Origin: the human T2T-CHM13v2.0 reference genome, Homo sapiens
Length of the DNA stretch: 64,000 nt
NCBI RefSeq assembly: GCF_009914755.1
Contig: NC_060936.1
Reading direction: 5' to 3' (one strand)
Below the pieces are notes generated by a model. The model was not told the DNA's origin. It saw only the letters and a program-made list of their open reading frames with translations, and did not search any database. The translations under genes and the position numbers were made by a program. Shown piece after piece: positions 40,286 through 53,847 of the stretch (positions within the stretch are counted from its first letter, which is position 1; the number at the start of each line of letters is the position of its first letter).

Positions 40286-43200
40286 TCACCATCAATGCCC
40301 AACACATTTTCTTTAGCATGATAAAGCAATTGAGGGTGTTTGCAGGAGTAAATATAAACTGCACATTTTACATTTTTTTTCCCTAGAGCTTATATGGGTA
40401 AATAAAGAAAACCTGTTCAAGGACATTGATAGGCACTAAAATGTCATTATTTCCTGTATAATATGGATAAACTTTAACATAAAAAAATCTGCAATTTTTG
40501 GAAACCTTTACATTTATAGAGCACTTCAAAATTTTCAAAGCAATTTCACATTCCTTATTTTACAAATAGTATTCAAAATGACTCTCTGAGGTGTGCAAGA
40601 AAATAATGATTATCTCTAATTTATAATTAGGAAACTGAAGATTAGCTTATTTAAGTAGCCTGCTCTACAGGGTACACTATTAGAAAGGACTAAAGTCAAA
40701 ACCAGTGTTCTAGTCTCTAGGCCTATACATTGTTTTCATTATTCAAACTTACTGCCTTCTTCTATACAAATTTAATGAAATACCTTATCTTCACTAAACT
40801 TAATGCTAGAATTATTGAGAAAGTATGCAGATAATTAGGTTTGCACCATTCAACATTCACAATAGTTAAATCTCAAAGGATGAAAAGAAGGATTGGTCTG
40901 ACCTTCTCCATCTCATATGCTATTCTAAAACTAATTGTATCTGCATATACAAATTCACTGGATATAACTGAATAACTGCTGTATGAGATTAGAATAAAGC
41001 ATAAAAATATTGATTTGGAAGCAATATTTAAATTACTTTTTTAGCATGTAGTTCCACAATACCTGAGATGTAGTAGGCATTTAATAATTGAGTTCATAAA
41101 AAGGAGGATTATATTTAGATGGGTAAATACATATGCTTCAGAGTTCAAATGGACCTGAGTTCAAATTCCTTCTCTGCATTTTTGTAGCTGTATGACCTGA
41201 AACTTTCTGAGTGAAGTTTCTACACTGATAAAGTAGGAATAATAATCAACCCTACTTTATTCATTGCTGCTAAATCATATTTCAATTATTCACTGAATTA
41301 CACATTGGAAGCATTTAATAAATACATGTTATTTTTATTGCTGTTGATGTTTCATGGTAGTAGATTCTACATTTTCCTGGCTGATAATCCAGAGGAAAAT
41401 CTCTGAGCTAATTTAAGGACTGCAATGAAAAGTGGCATCCATGGGTAAAGGTCATAATGAAAGTTGACCTGTGGAATGAAACTTACACTTTGTTCCATGT
41501 ATCACAGAGCTTTAAAAACCAGTAAACTCTATATTCCAATTAAAGGGCAAAAGTCCAGGCAAGAAGTTTCCTCTCAGAAAAACTCAAAAGTTTGCACACA
41601 CATATTCAAAGGTAGAAGCAGAAATAGCAAACAGAATTGACATACTTTCTTCATTTTCATAAGATACAATGGAAATATCTCCAAAACAACTTTGGGCAAA
41701 CATTTTACCTGGTGCTTTACCATTTTCTGAAATAAATTAGCCATTACAGGAAGAAAACTTAAATGTGTCTTAGCTTCTTTACATGAGAATCAAGGGGGGA
41801 AATGTGACCATATAAAGATATATTTAAATAACAGATAATACATAGATATATGTATTAAAAAGAAATATAAAATAATATTTCAAATCCTGGAAAACTGAGA
41901 TCATATAATGTTAGTTTTGTAAATAAGTTGTAACAAGATTGTATAGGAATAATCCCAATTATTTATATATGTGTATGTATATAAAATATACAGTATAATA
42001 TTTAGTATACAATATGTGATATATTGTCTATATTACTCTGTGTGGAACCTACTCCTCCCTTACAGGTACTGGCTTTCTGGCCTTGCTCACCAGTGGGTCT
42101 GCATACCCTCCCGTACGTACTCAGCATAGAGAAGGGTCAAGTTGCCTCAATCCTCAGTGCCACCTCCACATCATTCTCTATCCCTCTGCCCTAAAATTGC
42201 CAGCTTGAATTCATGCTATCAAGCATAGGACACACCATTGCTCTTTTTGGAAGTTAATTACCATCCCCTAAGTCACTTTCTCTTGTTTCTTAAAGATTTC
42301 ACTTCAGGATCACTGCTTCTCTCTCATCACTCTTCTGTCATAATTATTGATGATGTCAAAATTCATATAAAATATTGACCCATAGCCCTGCTCATCACTT
42401 TCTGGACCTCTTCTCTTGCAGTGACTTGCCTTCCACATGACCTCATCACTTTCTGCCATGTTCACAACCTAGACCTTTTCACCACCAAGAATTGTAGCCT
42501 CTCCATAATCTTGATTGCAGATGTCTCACTATCTGTCCAAATCCTTCTTTCCAGATCACTGGACTCTGATAATTCTTCAACCCTGCTCTGCCCTACAGCT
42601 CTTTGATTCTATCGAATTTTCCATTTCTCCTAACCCAATCAAGACTTCATTTTTTCTCTTGCTCAGCTTGAACTGCATGCCTATTTGTTTCCTTTCCTCT
42701 ATTGTATATATCCTCAACTCTCAAATTTATCTCTTATAGTCTCGACCTTTTGATAAATCCCCAAACTTTGCTAAATAAAACCCTCCATGGATTCTTCTCT
42801 GTGTTACTAGAAGTGTATTGGAGAAAAATTCATGATCACGCCAAAATATCTCACTTTAAACTCATGGCCACTAACCTCAAAAACACAGCCTCCTAATCTA
42901 TTCAATCTCCCTTTCTTCTAGGAGATTCTTTCTCCTTCTTCTTTCTTCTCTGGCCTCTAACACTATATTCCTCATTTTCACCTACATCTGATAGCCTTGT
43001 TTATATTTCACTGATAAAACAAAAGCAATTAAAAGAGAACATTCACAAGGTCCCCTACTTGTCTGCATCTGTGTCCATATACTCAGTCTTTCTCCTGTGG
43101 CTGCATATGAACTGTCCTAGTCCCTGATAACAGCCAACCCTTTCACTTGGACACTACATGACCTCTCCCTTTGCCTCTCAAGAACATGGGTTGAGGAATT

Positions 43201-43636
43201 CTCCCTTCTGCATCATCATTTTTTCTCTTTTAGCAGCTAAACAAATCTATTGTAATTTCTTACATCATAAAAATATCTTGATATTATAGGTTTCTCTCTA
43301 CTTCTTTATTGTTCTTTTTATTTACATTATAGCCCCTTGAAGAATTGTCAACACTTACTATCTTCAATTCCCTTCTCTTATTTCTTCAGCACCCTCAAAT
43401 AAGACTTGGATACTAAGCAAGCACAACACTGAATCAGCTATTTTCAAGGTCATCAATTAACTACTCAGAAAATTAGCCTTAAGTCTCAGTCTCCAATTTA
43501 TTTGACTTTTCAGCAGCTCTGACTCTTTCATCTTAGTCTCATAGGTTCTATCTCATCTTCTAGACCTGCAAACAAAATAATTTAGAGCTCAGTACTTGAA
43601 TTTACTATCTCTTTCTAAACTCTTTTTCTTGGTGAT

Positions 43637-44052
43637 TGTAAGAGTCAGGGTTCTCTAGAGGGACAGAACTAACAGGATAGATGTATATATGAAGGGGCGT
43701 TTATTAAGGAGTGTTGACTCACACAATCACAAGGTGAAGCCCCAAAATAGGCCATCTGCAAGCTGAGGAGCAAGGAAGCCAGTCTAAGTCCCAAAATCTC
43801 AAAAGTAGGGAAGCTGATAGTGCAGCCTTCAGTCTATGACCAAAGGGCCATGGCAAATTACTGGTGCAAGTCCCAGAGTCCAAAAGCTGAAGTACGTGGA
43901 GTCCGATGTTCTAGGGCAGGAAGCATCCAGCATTTCCCAGTCCACTGACTCAAATGTTAATCTCCTTTGGCAATACCCTCACAGACACACCCAGAAACAA
44001 TACTTTGTGTTCTTCAATCCAATCAAGATGACACTCAATATTGACCATCGCA
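43637..44052 (-). mobile_element. MLT2A (MLT2A2-like) HERV-L solo LTR with an internal deletion
   Basis: TG...CA termini; perfect 5-bp TSD GTGAT (43632-36 / 44053-57); body matches the recalled consensus. Confidence 0.85.
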
Positions 44053-44256
44053 GTGATGTCATCCAATTTTCATGACTTTAAGTAAGAGATATGAGCTGAT
44101 TACTTTCAAATTTATGTCTCTAGTTTGGACTTCTTACTGAATTCTAAAGTCATATATCTAATTGCCTTCGTGGCATTCCTACCTGAATATCTAATAGTGA
44201 TTTCAAACATAATATGTCCAATGTGAGTTTTTTATTTTCCCTGCAAATCTGTTCAT

Positions 44257-45422
44257 ACTAAAACCTCAAAAACACAGGCAGTAAAAGCAAAAATATACAA
44301 ATGGGATTATATCAAAGTAAAAATCATATGCACACAAAGGAAACAATCAACAGAATGAATAGACAATCTGCAAAATGGGAGAAAATATTTGCAAACTATT
44401 CATCCAACAAGGGATTAATATCCAAAATATACCAGGAACTCAACTCAATAGCAGAAAAAAAATCCAATTTAAAAATGGGCAAATGAGCTGAATGAACATC
44501 TCTCAAAAGAAGACATACAAATGGCCAACAGGCATATGAAAGATTGCTCAACATCACTAATCATCAAGGAAATACAAATCAAAACCACAATGAAACACCA
44601 TCTCTCCCCATTTAGAATGGTTATTATCAAAAAGACAAAAAAATAACAAATGCCAGCAAGAATGCAGAGAAAGTGGAATTATTATACACTATTATACACT
44701 ATTTAGTTTTCCTCAGAAAACTAAAATACAACCATCATTATGACCCAGCAATACCACTACTGGGTATATATCCAAAGGGAAGAAAATCAGTATGTCAAAG
44801 GCATATCTATGCTTACGCAGTAAGTGCTGCAGCACTATTCACAATAGATGAGATAAAGAATCAGCCTAAGTATTCATCAACAGATGAATGAATAAAGAAA
44901 ATATGCTGTATATACGCAATGGAATACTATTTAGCCATGTAAAAGAATAAAGTCCTGTCATTTGTGGCAATATGGATGAGCTTGGAGAACATTATGATAA
45001 TTGAAATAATCCAGGAACAGAAAAATAAATACCACATGTTCTCACTTATGCAGAGGCTGAAAAAGTTGATCTCGTGAAAGTAGAGAGTAGAATAGTGGTT
45101 AAAAGCTGGGAAGGGGAAGAGGTGAGAGTAAGAGATTGGTTAATGAATGCAAAATTACAGCTAGATAGGAGAAATAAATACTGGTGTCTATAGCTCTGTA
45201 GTGTGACTATAACAAACCACAATTTATTGTATATTTTCAAATAGCTAGAAGAGCAGAATTTGATGTTCCCAACATAAAGAAATGATAAATGTTTAAGGAG
45301 ATGGATGTGCTCATTACCCTGACTTGAGTATTACACATTGCATACATGTATGAAAATTGTCACACTGTATTCCATAAAAATGTGCAATTATTATGTGTCA
45401 AAATAATAAGAAAAGATTATTA
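44257..45422 (+). mobile_element. 5'-truncated L1MA (ORF2 end + 3'UTR)
   Basis: Decayed ORF2 peptides (WEKIFANYSSNKGLISKIYQEL; YDPAIPLLGIYPK); degenerate TSD aaatctgttcat/aaaactgctcat. Confidence 0.88.
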
Positions 45423-46099
45423 AAAACTGCTCATCTGGAGTCTTCCCCATCTTCCTTTGGAGTCGTTATTGATTTCTCTGTTTCTCTCATACCTCATATC
45501 AAATCTATTAGCAAATTCAGTTGGTTTTGCCTTCAAAATGTATCCATATCTGATCACTTCTCACCATCTCCATTGATATCACCCATGCCACCAATATTTC
45601 TTGGCTGAATTGTTACAATAACCCTCTAACTATTCTCCCTCCTTTCACCTTTTAAACTCCCATAGGTTGGTCTATGGAAGCCCACGTGAAACTGTTAAAC
45701 CACACACTATGTTTGAAACCTTTCAGTGACTTTCTGTGTCATTCAAAGTAAAAAGCAAAGTCTTATAATTACTTTTTAGGACCTAAAGTACCACTTATAC
45801 TCCCTGCTTTTTCTAGCCATTATCTGTTACTCTTCCCCCTCATTTACTCTACTCCAGGCACCTGCTGTTCCTAGAACATTCCTGACACCCTTCTCCTTTA
45901 AGGTCGTTGGACTTGATTTTCCTTCTACCCACAATTCTTTTCCCCCGAATCCTGCAGGCCTCACTTCCTTCCTTCTTCAAAACTGTCTTCACATTATCAC
46001 CAGTGATATGTGAAGTTTGGAGATGGGCTGGAGAACACTATGATAAGTGAAATAAGCCAGGAACAGAAAAATAAATACCGCATATTCTCATGAAGTATT

Positions 46100-46161
46100 T
46101 ATTTTTTCTGAATAACCTATTTCTGAACAGCCTATTTTCTGAAAAGCCTATTTTCTGAAAA
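46100..46161. repeat. About 16-bp tandem repeat (CCTATTTTCTGAAAAG) x about 4
   Basis: Read directly from the sequence. Confidence 0.8.
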
Positions 46162-47229
46162 CTTTCTCTCATAGCCCTTATCACTTTTATAAATTCTGTG
46201 TAATTTGCATACATAATATACATTAATAGACAATGTCTATTTCTCCTAATGATAAAATAAACGAGGGTAGGAATTTCAGTGTCTTTGGTCAGTGATGAAC
46301 CCCCAGCTCCTAAAATAGTGCCTGGAATGTAATAGTCACTCACAAATATTGATTCAGTGGAGAATGTGCATATTTAAAAAATCTGTAAAGAAATCAACCA
46401 AAATGTTAATGGTCCTTCACTCTGGATAGTGGGATTACAGGTGAATTCTACTTTCTATTATGTATTTTTCTAAATTTTCAAAATATTCTACATTAACATA
46501 TATTAATTTTAATAAGAAAAGATCCCTCACACTTTAACTACATATTTAGGTCTTTTGGTTGAGACTGGAAAGACAGAAAAGCTGCAGTATACTGTGTATT
46601 TAAGAGAATCAAGATTTTCTACAAGCAAATGTTCCTGGCTTGCACTGTAATTTGGGAAAAGCACCTAAAGTGCCTCCTCATTGTTCCTTAAAGTAAAATA
46701 AACTTGCTGGATTACATTTTAGAGTCCCTGGAAAATTTAAATATATGTTATTTTTTGTATATTACTATTCTCTGACTACTGAGACAATTTCAATGTAAAA
46801 AAGTAAATGTTACCTTTTATTCCATATTCCTTAAAGCATCTTCCTGTTTGAAATAGATGTCATTCCATTACTACTTTTTAACTTATACATTACCTTTCTT
46901 TAAAAGAAATCCACAGATACTGTTCACAATTATATAAACTCAAGTGTCATGCTTTTATGTTCCAGGTAAATAGACCAAATTTCAGAGAAATTTGATAAAT
47001 ATACACAAGGATGTCATAATAGATTTAAGACAGATCTCATGTCCTATGCGTTTACTGTATTAGCAAAATGAAACTTCATATTACCATGTTTTTCTTGGGT
47101 CAGAACTCCAGACAGTAAATGCCACTAGACTAATGACTAATGCCACAGTTTAAGTAGATAAGTAATTTCTTAGAGGAAGAGTGTACATATATCTGCACAA
47201 CCAATAAATACATGGCAGAAACATCATGG

Positions 47230-47420
47230 AGTGGGTTTAGAGAGCTGGTTCTGGGCTCAACCTGCCTTACCAATTTTGAGATCTTGGCAAGTTACTTCAC
47301 CTTTCTAAGCTTCAATATCTTCATCTATAAAATGAGCATAATATTAGTACTAATTCACAATGATTTTATAAGAATATTGAGTATAAGATGCTTAGCAAAC
47401 TGCTACAAAGACTCAGACTT
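47230..47420 (+). mobile_element. MIR
   Basis: atcttggcaagttacttcacctttctaagcttcaatatcttcatctataaaatg. Confidence 0.65.
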
Positions 47421-47708
47421 AAGACCTTTATTAAGTTCTGTTATTATTGTAAATATTATTATGTAGTCCTTAATGTTTTATTCAAAAGTTAGACATAAAT
47501 TTTGAGAACCATTTGTTGTGTAGTATATCAGATTGTGAGGATAAATTTAGACGTTGGAAATTTTGAGTATTTAAGATTATCTAGTATTTACGGTATTCTA
47601 AAATATTAGGTAATTTTACAACCAGCATATGTTTCATGCATTGATCGAAAACTAAAACACTGTATCTGTGAACACAGTGATGCAGTGTTTGTAATTATAT
47701 CCTTCTAG

Positions 47709-47900
<192 letters not shown>

Positions 47901-48040
47901 TGAATATTTCATCTAATACTGTGAGTCATCAATAACCTGGACATCTATAAAGTAATTTTAACTTAGTCGTAATAACTGTGGTATACATATATATCAATAT
48001 AACAATGACGCTTATGACTGATGATTTTCTCTGAATGCAG

Positions 48041-48166
48041 ATCAGATGCCATCAGTATTGGCCAGAGGACAACAAGCCAGTTACTGTCTTTGGAGATATA
48101 GTGATTACAAAGCTAATGGAGGATGTTCAAATAGATTGGACTATCAGGGATCTGAAAATTGAAAGG
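48041..48166 (+). CDS. PTPRQ: PTPRQ coding exon (126 nt) [42 protein letters not shown]
   Basis: gaatgcag|ATC...AGG|gtaaaa; CxxYWP motif. Confidence 0.96.
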
Positions 48167-48575
48167 GTAAAAAAAAAAGGGGGGGATGAGAGAACATGAT
48201 ATAAAATATGATTGATCTAAATGTCTAAAATAAAATTAATTTCTAGAACTATCCCTTTCAAGGATACCTATATATTCAACAATGCTTTTGTATTGTCTTC
48301 TGAACAGAATTTTGAATCGATATCCAACTTTAGTATCAATGTCACTGTATTTGTTCCAGATCACTCTAGTTAAAGTCTGTATTAACCAATTAGCATCACA
48401 TTCTTAGGTTGACAAGAGCAGAAAAAGGAGAGAAAATGATGAGATCACTAGCTTTATTTTATCTAATGAAGAAACTGTAATATCTGACTTGAGACAGCAA
48501 TTTCCCAAGTCACTCATCTCCTGAATCCTAATAATTTGATTTTCTATTTAATCTGCAGCCAGATAGAAAAGGTAG

Positions 48576-48632
48576 TATGGGATCTCACTTTATGAGATCT
48601 TTATGGGATCACTTTATGGGATCTCAGTTTAT
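48576..48632. repeat. Imperfect 11-15 bp tandem repeat (TATGGGATCTCACTT) x4
   Basis: Read directly from the sequence. Confidence 0.75.
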
Positions 48633-49045
48633 ATAAATGCCTATACACACAGAAGATGATATAAGGATCTTTATACTTTTCACATAACAGATGCTCAATA
48701 CCTGTGTATGGAATAATTTGTGAATGTGTTCATTTAAGTTTTGGGTCAAAAGTGTTTCAATACCTATTATTCTGAGTGCTACAAAATGGCATACTATATT
48801 TGAATATTAATGTCCTATATTAACATTTATTTCCAAGCTTTCTTATGTTTTCATTCATATGGAAAGGCAATTCTCTTTATTGTAACAATAAAAATCTCTC
48901 TTATAGGAAATAATGAAAACATTTTATTTGGTTTGGTAAATAGTCATTTTTAAAAGATCACCTTCAAAAACTGGGACTATTGCCTTCAACCTTCATTGTG
49001 GAACTTAAATAATTTTGTCATTCATTAATCCGTCCCTTTGTCTAG

Positions 49046-49194
49046 CATGGGGATTGCATGACTGTTCGACAGTGTAACTTTACTGCCTGGCCAGAGCATG
49101 GGGTTCCTGAGAACAGCGCCCCTCTAATTCACTTTGTGAAGTTGGTTCGAGCAAGCAGGGCACATGACACCACACCTATGATTGTTCACTGCAG
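49046..49194 (+). CDS. PTPRQ: PTPRQ coding exon (149 nt) [21 protein letters not shown]...PMIVHCS
   Basis: ctttgtctag|CAT...TGCAG|gtgaga; WPE loop and catalytic Cys. Confidence 0.97.
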
Positions 49195-49424
49195 GTGAGA
49201 AAGTGATCAGAAATGGCCTTTGAACCCATTGGTCTTTTTATTATTAAAATTCCATTGGTTATTTTTTATAAAATGTTCATGTAAATTTCTTCCAGCTTGC
49301 CGTCTTCAGAGATTTCACATTTAGCATTTCTAGACACATTGGTATGATTTATGTTTTCTGACATGATAGATCTAAACCAGTCTTGACTCGAGTCTTTTTC
49401 ACAGTTGAAGTTTGGAGATTAGAG

Positions 49425-49700
49425 GAAAATGTAGTATGAATTCTACTTAAATGAGATACTCAGAATAGGTAAATAAATAGAAACAGAAAGTAGAGTTGTG
49501 GTTATTAGTGAGGAGGGAGATGAAAAATTATTATCTAATGGGTACAGACCTTCTATTTGGGATGATGAAAAGTTCTGGAAATATACTGTGTTGATATTTG
49601 CACAACATTGAGAATATACTTAATGCCACTGAATTGTACATGTAAAATGGTCAAAATGGTAGATTCTCTGTTATTCATCTTTCACCACAATAAAAAGATT
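49425..49700 (+). mobile_element. L1MB-type 3' end
   Basis: aatgggtacagac...gatgatgaaaagttctggaa...aatgccactgaattgtaca...caataaaaa. Confidence 0.75.
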
Positions 49701-50289
49701 TTTTTAAAGTAACAATAACTTTTAATATTTTTAACAGGAGTGTACTATAATTAATGTGGTTAAATACTGTACATAAGAAAAGATAAATTCATTCAGTTTT
49801 TAAACTTTTATTTTAAAAAACTCAATATGTAATTTAAATGATTATACATTTTCCATAAATTTCTGGATTTTTAAAATTATAAGACTAATACGTAAATGCT
49901 TGCTCATTATAAAATATATGAACAATGCTTATATTTATAAAACATGTAGAACAAAAAGTAAAAGCCTCATTTTTACCTTCTCAATTTTAAATCCCTCCAT
50001 ATAGGTATAAAGCTTAATATAATAGTATATACTAAAAACAGTATAACAATTTGCTTCTACAGTCAATGATTGATTTTATGCTGGCATCACTGATGATTAA
50101 AACCTTTGATGGACAGTAGCTGTCTTCAATTTCTCTGTATCATGCAAATACACTGCCATGGGCACTAAAAGAAAAGTACTTTCTCCTTTTTAGCCTCAAA
50201 AAGAATAGAGTCTCCTCCTTTGTGATTTAAATAAGAGATAAGAAGAAAGTATGTTCATATTATTGACCATCTTTAAATATCATTTGAAA

Positions 50290-51000
50290 ACCATCTACTA
50301 AATATTTATCTCCAACTTCAACTTCTCACCTTGACTTTAGACTTCTACATTTAGCTTCCAATTCAACTTGACAGACTGAATGACTAAAAAGTTCTAGAAA
50401 TTTGATGTGTACAAAACAGAACATTTGACTCAATCTCCAAATTCACCCCTGCTCTGTTGTTCCTATCTTGGTAAAAAGCAAGTTTTTCTGTTTGAGCCAG
50501 AAGCCCTGGAGTCATCCTTGATTCTGCTTCCTCTCACATTCCACATCTAACCCACCAGCAAATACTTTCATCCCTGACTACCCCACACTCCTCACTGTAC
50601 TCTCACCTCCCTGGTCTCCCCTGATTTTTGAACATTCAAAAATGCTGCCACCTCAGGTCTGTTCTCATTTTGCTTCTTCTGGCTACCATGATCTTCTCCC
50701 AGATACCCACATGGTGTGCTCCCTAACCTTATGCTAGTTTCTTTTCAAATATTACATTATCAGAGAAATTTTGTCTGCTGACCCTATCCTACCCTATCAC
50801 CCTCTATCTCCTTAACCTGATTCATCTTTTTTTCAGTATGAGACTTCTTACTACCAGGCACATTCTTGGTCTGTTTATTTATGTGTCGTTTTCCTCTGGA
50901 CTATAAACTCTGTAAGTGCAGGGACTTTGCATTGTTCACTGCTATGATCCAGGTGCCCAGAACAGTGTTTGACACTCAAAATATATTTAACAATTCAATG
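50290..51000 (+). mobile_element. L2 fragment
   Basis: ctggagtcatccttgattc; gactataaactctgtaagtgcagggactttg...ccaggtgcccagaacagtg. Confidence 0.6.
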
Positions 51001-51870
51001 GCTGTGTGGCATATATATATATATACATGTTACTATACTCAGTTTTATGTTATAGGCTCACAATTTCTTAGGTCAAATCATAGGAACTTGCCAATGTTTG
51101 AATGTTTCTTACTACAGAACTACAAAAATGGCAGTTTCATGTGGTTCAAAGTAATATTTATAAGACTAGATGAACTTTCAAAAATTTTTTTCGATTAACT
51201 TCCTCTATTAACCATTTAATTTCCTAGGAATCTTGTCTTTCTGATAATAGGAATTTCTGACAATAGGAATTTCCGAATCAATCTTGTGAGGTTTATCAGT
51301 TAACAGTTTCTATGGAGCATATACCTGTCTTTGAGTATTGATGTAATTTTTTAAATGAAAATAGTTTTTCAATTTTATTATCTATAGGAGGCAAAATAAA
51401 TTCTAGAGAAAGAAAGTGAAAAGGACAATTGCAACACTATTTTTCAAAATGAAACAAAGAAAATGCTATATAAGCTAAATATTCTACATTTGTAACATTT
51501 AGCATTTCTGCTGGTAACTGAATATTTGGTCAATACAGAGTCTCTGGTATTAAGAATTTTCAATGATTTTAAAAAAATCTCTATACTTCAACAACACACC
51601 CTAAAATATTAAGAAATAAGAGGTTAAGTTCCACTGATTAAAGAAAGACAAACTCAAATATTTGATAGCATATTAATGATAATCATCTTGCCTTGTTTAA
51701 ACACAATCTTGGTAACCATAAAAAATCCAAAGACACTCCAAAGAAAATCTGCCTCCAAATAAGAGAAGAAACTGTTAGAATTTATTGCTATCATAGCTCA
51801 TTATCTTTATCCCCATCAAAATGAACAACCCTTTGCTGAATAATTTTCATGTAATTTACCCTTCCTGTAG

Positions 51871-52006
51871 TGCTGGAGTTGGAAGAACTGGAGTTTTTAT
51901 TGCTCTGGACCATTTAACACAACATATAAATGACCATGATTTTGTGGATATATATGGACTAGTAGCTGAACTGAGAAGTGAAAGAATGTGCATGGTGCAG
52001 AATCTG
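51871..52006 (+). CDS. PTPRQ: PTPRQ coding exon (136 nt) [15 protein letters not shown]...[12 protein letters not shown]
   Basis: cttcctgtag|T...CTG|gtaaga; completes [10 protein letters not shown] and starts the Q-loop; overlaps track ORF 51821..52045. Confidence 0.97.
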
Positions 52007-53847
52007 GTAAGATCTCTAAACCTGCACTGCATTCTAAAGTTCTAGAATTTCCACATGGGAGATCTTAGTGGCAGCAATCTGGATGGACATGAGCTTGAAG
52101 CTGTGGACACCTTCTTTTCCTACATTATAAGCCTTTTGGGGAGGATTCGGGAGGGCAGCTGATAGAGATTATAGGAGAACTAATGCCCACATGCCATAGT
52201 CACCCTGCAGCATTGTTACTGATGGCTCATCTTAACTTGTTATACTGATAGGCATGTAGGAAGTAACATAAAATTGATTTATCTTTATCGTTTAGCAACT
52301 TTGGGATATCTGGAAATGAACTCAAATCAATATCTTTTGAATATCATTATCTTTTGAAAAGTTATAAATGGGAAAACAGTTTAAAATATTGACTGTAATG
52401 AAGTTCTATGGGTTTTACTTCTCCATATTTATCCCTATTGCATACCAGTACTAATAATGATTATTGTAGCACGCTATCAACTATTAACTGTGAGGTTTTT
52501 GTTTGTTGTTTTGGCTTATAGGCAAAAAATATTTACAAAATATATACAATTTTTATTTTAAAAAATCACACAGTACTATGGTAATGAGGCTTAAAACCCT
52601 CTACTGAGTGTCTACTGGGTTCCAGGAGCTATACTAGACCCTTCACATGTATTATCTTATTTAATCTTTATTAAATTAAATTCTTTATTTGTAAGGCAGG
52701 GCCAGTAAAACCATAAATATTACTGGCTCTGCTTTACAAACAGGGAAGCACATGTTCCAAGAAGTTAAATGATATTCCAAGATAATATTACTGATAAGTG
52801 CCAGAGCCAAAATTCAAGCCCTAGTCTGTATAACTACAATATTCACAATATTCCTATCTGTAGCTTTGGATTGGAATTTGTATGTTACACAAATAGAGAT
52901 TCTCTTGCAGTAAATATGCAGGCCTGCTGTAACTGTATTTTCCAGGTTACATTCTAGAAAACAGAAGTGGTATCAAAGTAGTTAAACATTTCAGAAAAAG
53001 AGTTATCTGCTAAAATAAGTATGAGAAAGAAATTAATCTGATTTTTAAAGACATAAATTTTTAGGATCTTAATGTTAATTTCACTGACAATTACAAAGAT
53101 AGAGCCCTATGGACAACTTTTCCTAAACTTCGATGACTGGAGAACTCTTCAACCCTTTTTGATTCAAACCTGTAATACCATGTCATGGAACATTAATCCT
53201 CCTTGGAAGATGCTGTTCCAGACCAGAGATATCCAAACTTTTTGGACAAATGTCCCTTTTAGGAAAGATATTTGAGCTTCTACTCTAATACAGATATATT
53301 TATCTTTAAATGTAGATTATTTAGTTATGTAAATTGTAAACATAAATAAAATAAGAAATTGAAAAGCATGAGATAAATATTGAATAAGGAATATTTTCAA
53401 AACCTTGCTAATTGCTAAGGCTACTTATTATTAGGTATTCTCAAAAAAGAAAATATATACTTAAGACAAAATACTTCTCTTTTGATAGTGGTTTTAAGTA
53501 CATATTTTACATTTTTATGCTTTTTTAAAAAACTGATCTAGCTTTTTGTCAGGTCTGATTACATGTTGTTATTTTTACCTCATAGTATGGCTACAAGAGT
53601 ATTCCAGGAGTATGATGAATGTGTTAGTCTTGCCAATTTTTTGTCATTCATTTGGGCTTGCATGATAAATATTATCTTTAATCCACAGTCTCTTTGTAGG
53701 AATCTTCCTTAACTACTTCAATTCTGTGATAATTAGTTAGGTAAACTAGGTAATATAATGCATATACATTCCCTCATATACTGAGTTAACAAATGAGTTA
53801 AATGTCACCCTTCCCCCAGGATTCAGAAATGGAATATTATACATGAC

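Larger units (their letters stand above)
42200..46360 (+). mobile_element. Long L2 remnant split by MLT2A and L1MA insertions
   Basis: Pyrimidine-rich L2 body (tcaaggtcatcaattaac, aaacataatatgtccaa) and 3' tail ccccagctcctaaaatagtgcctgg. Confidence 0.65.

Noticed and set aside
39996-40386. 122-aa and 65-aa ORFs
   Set aside because: Products of TA/CA low-complexity sequence
44301-44891. ORFs resembling L1 ORF2
   Set aside because: Decayed, frameshifted remnants of a 5'-truncated L1MA
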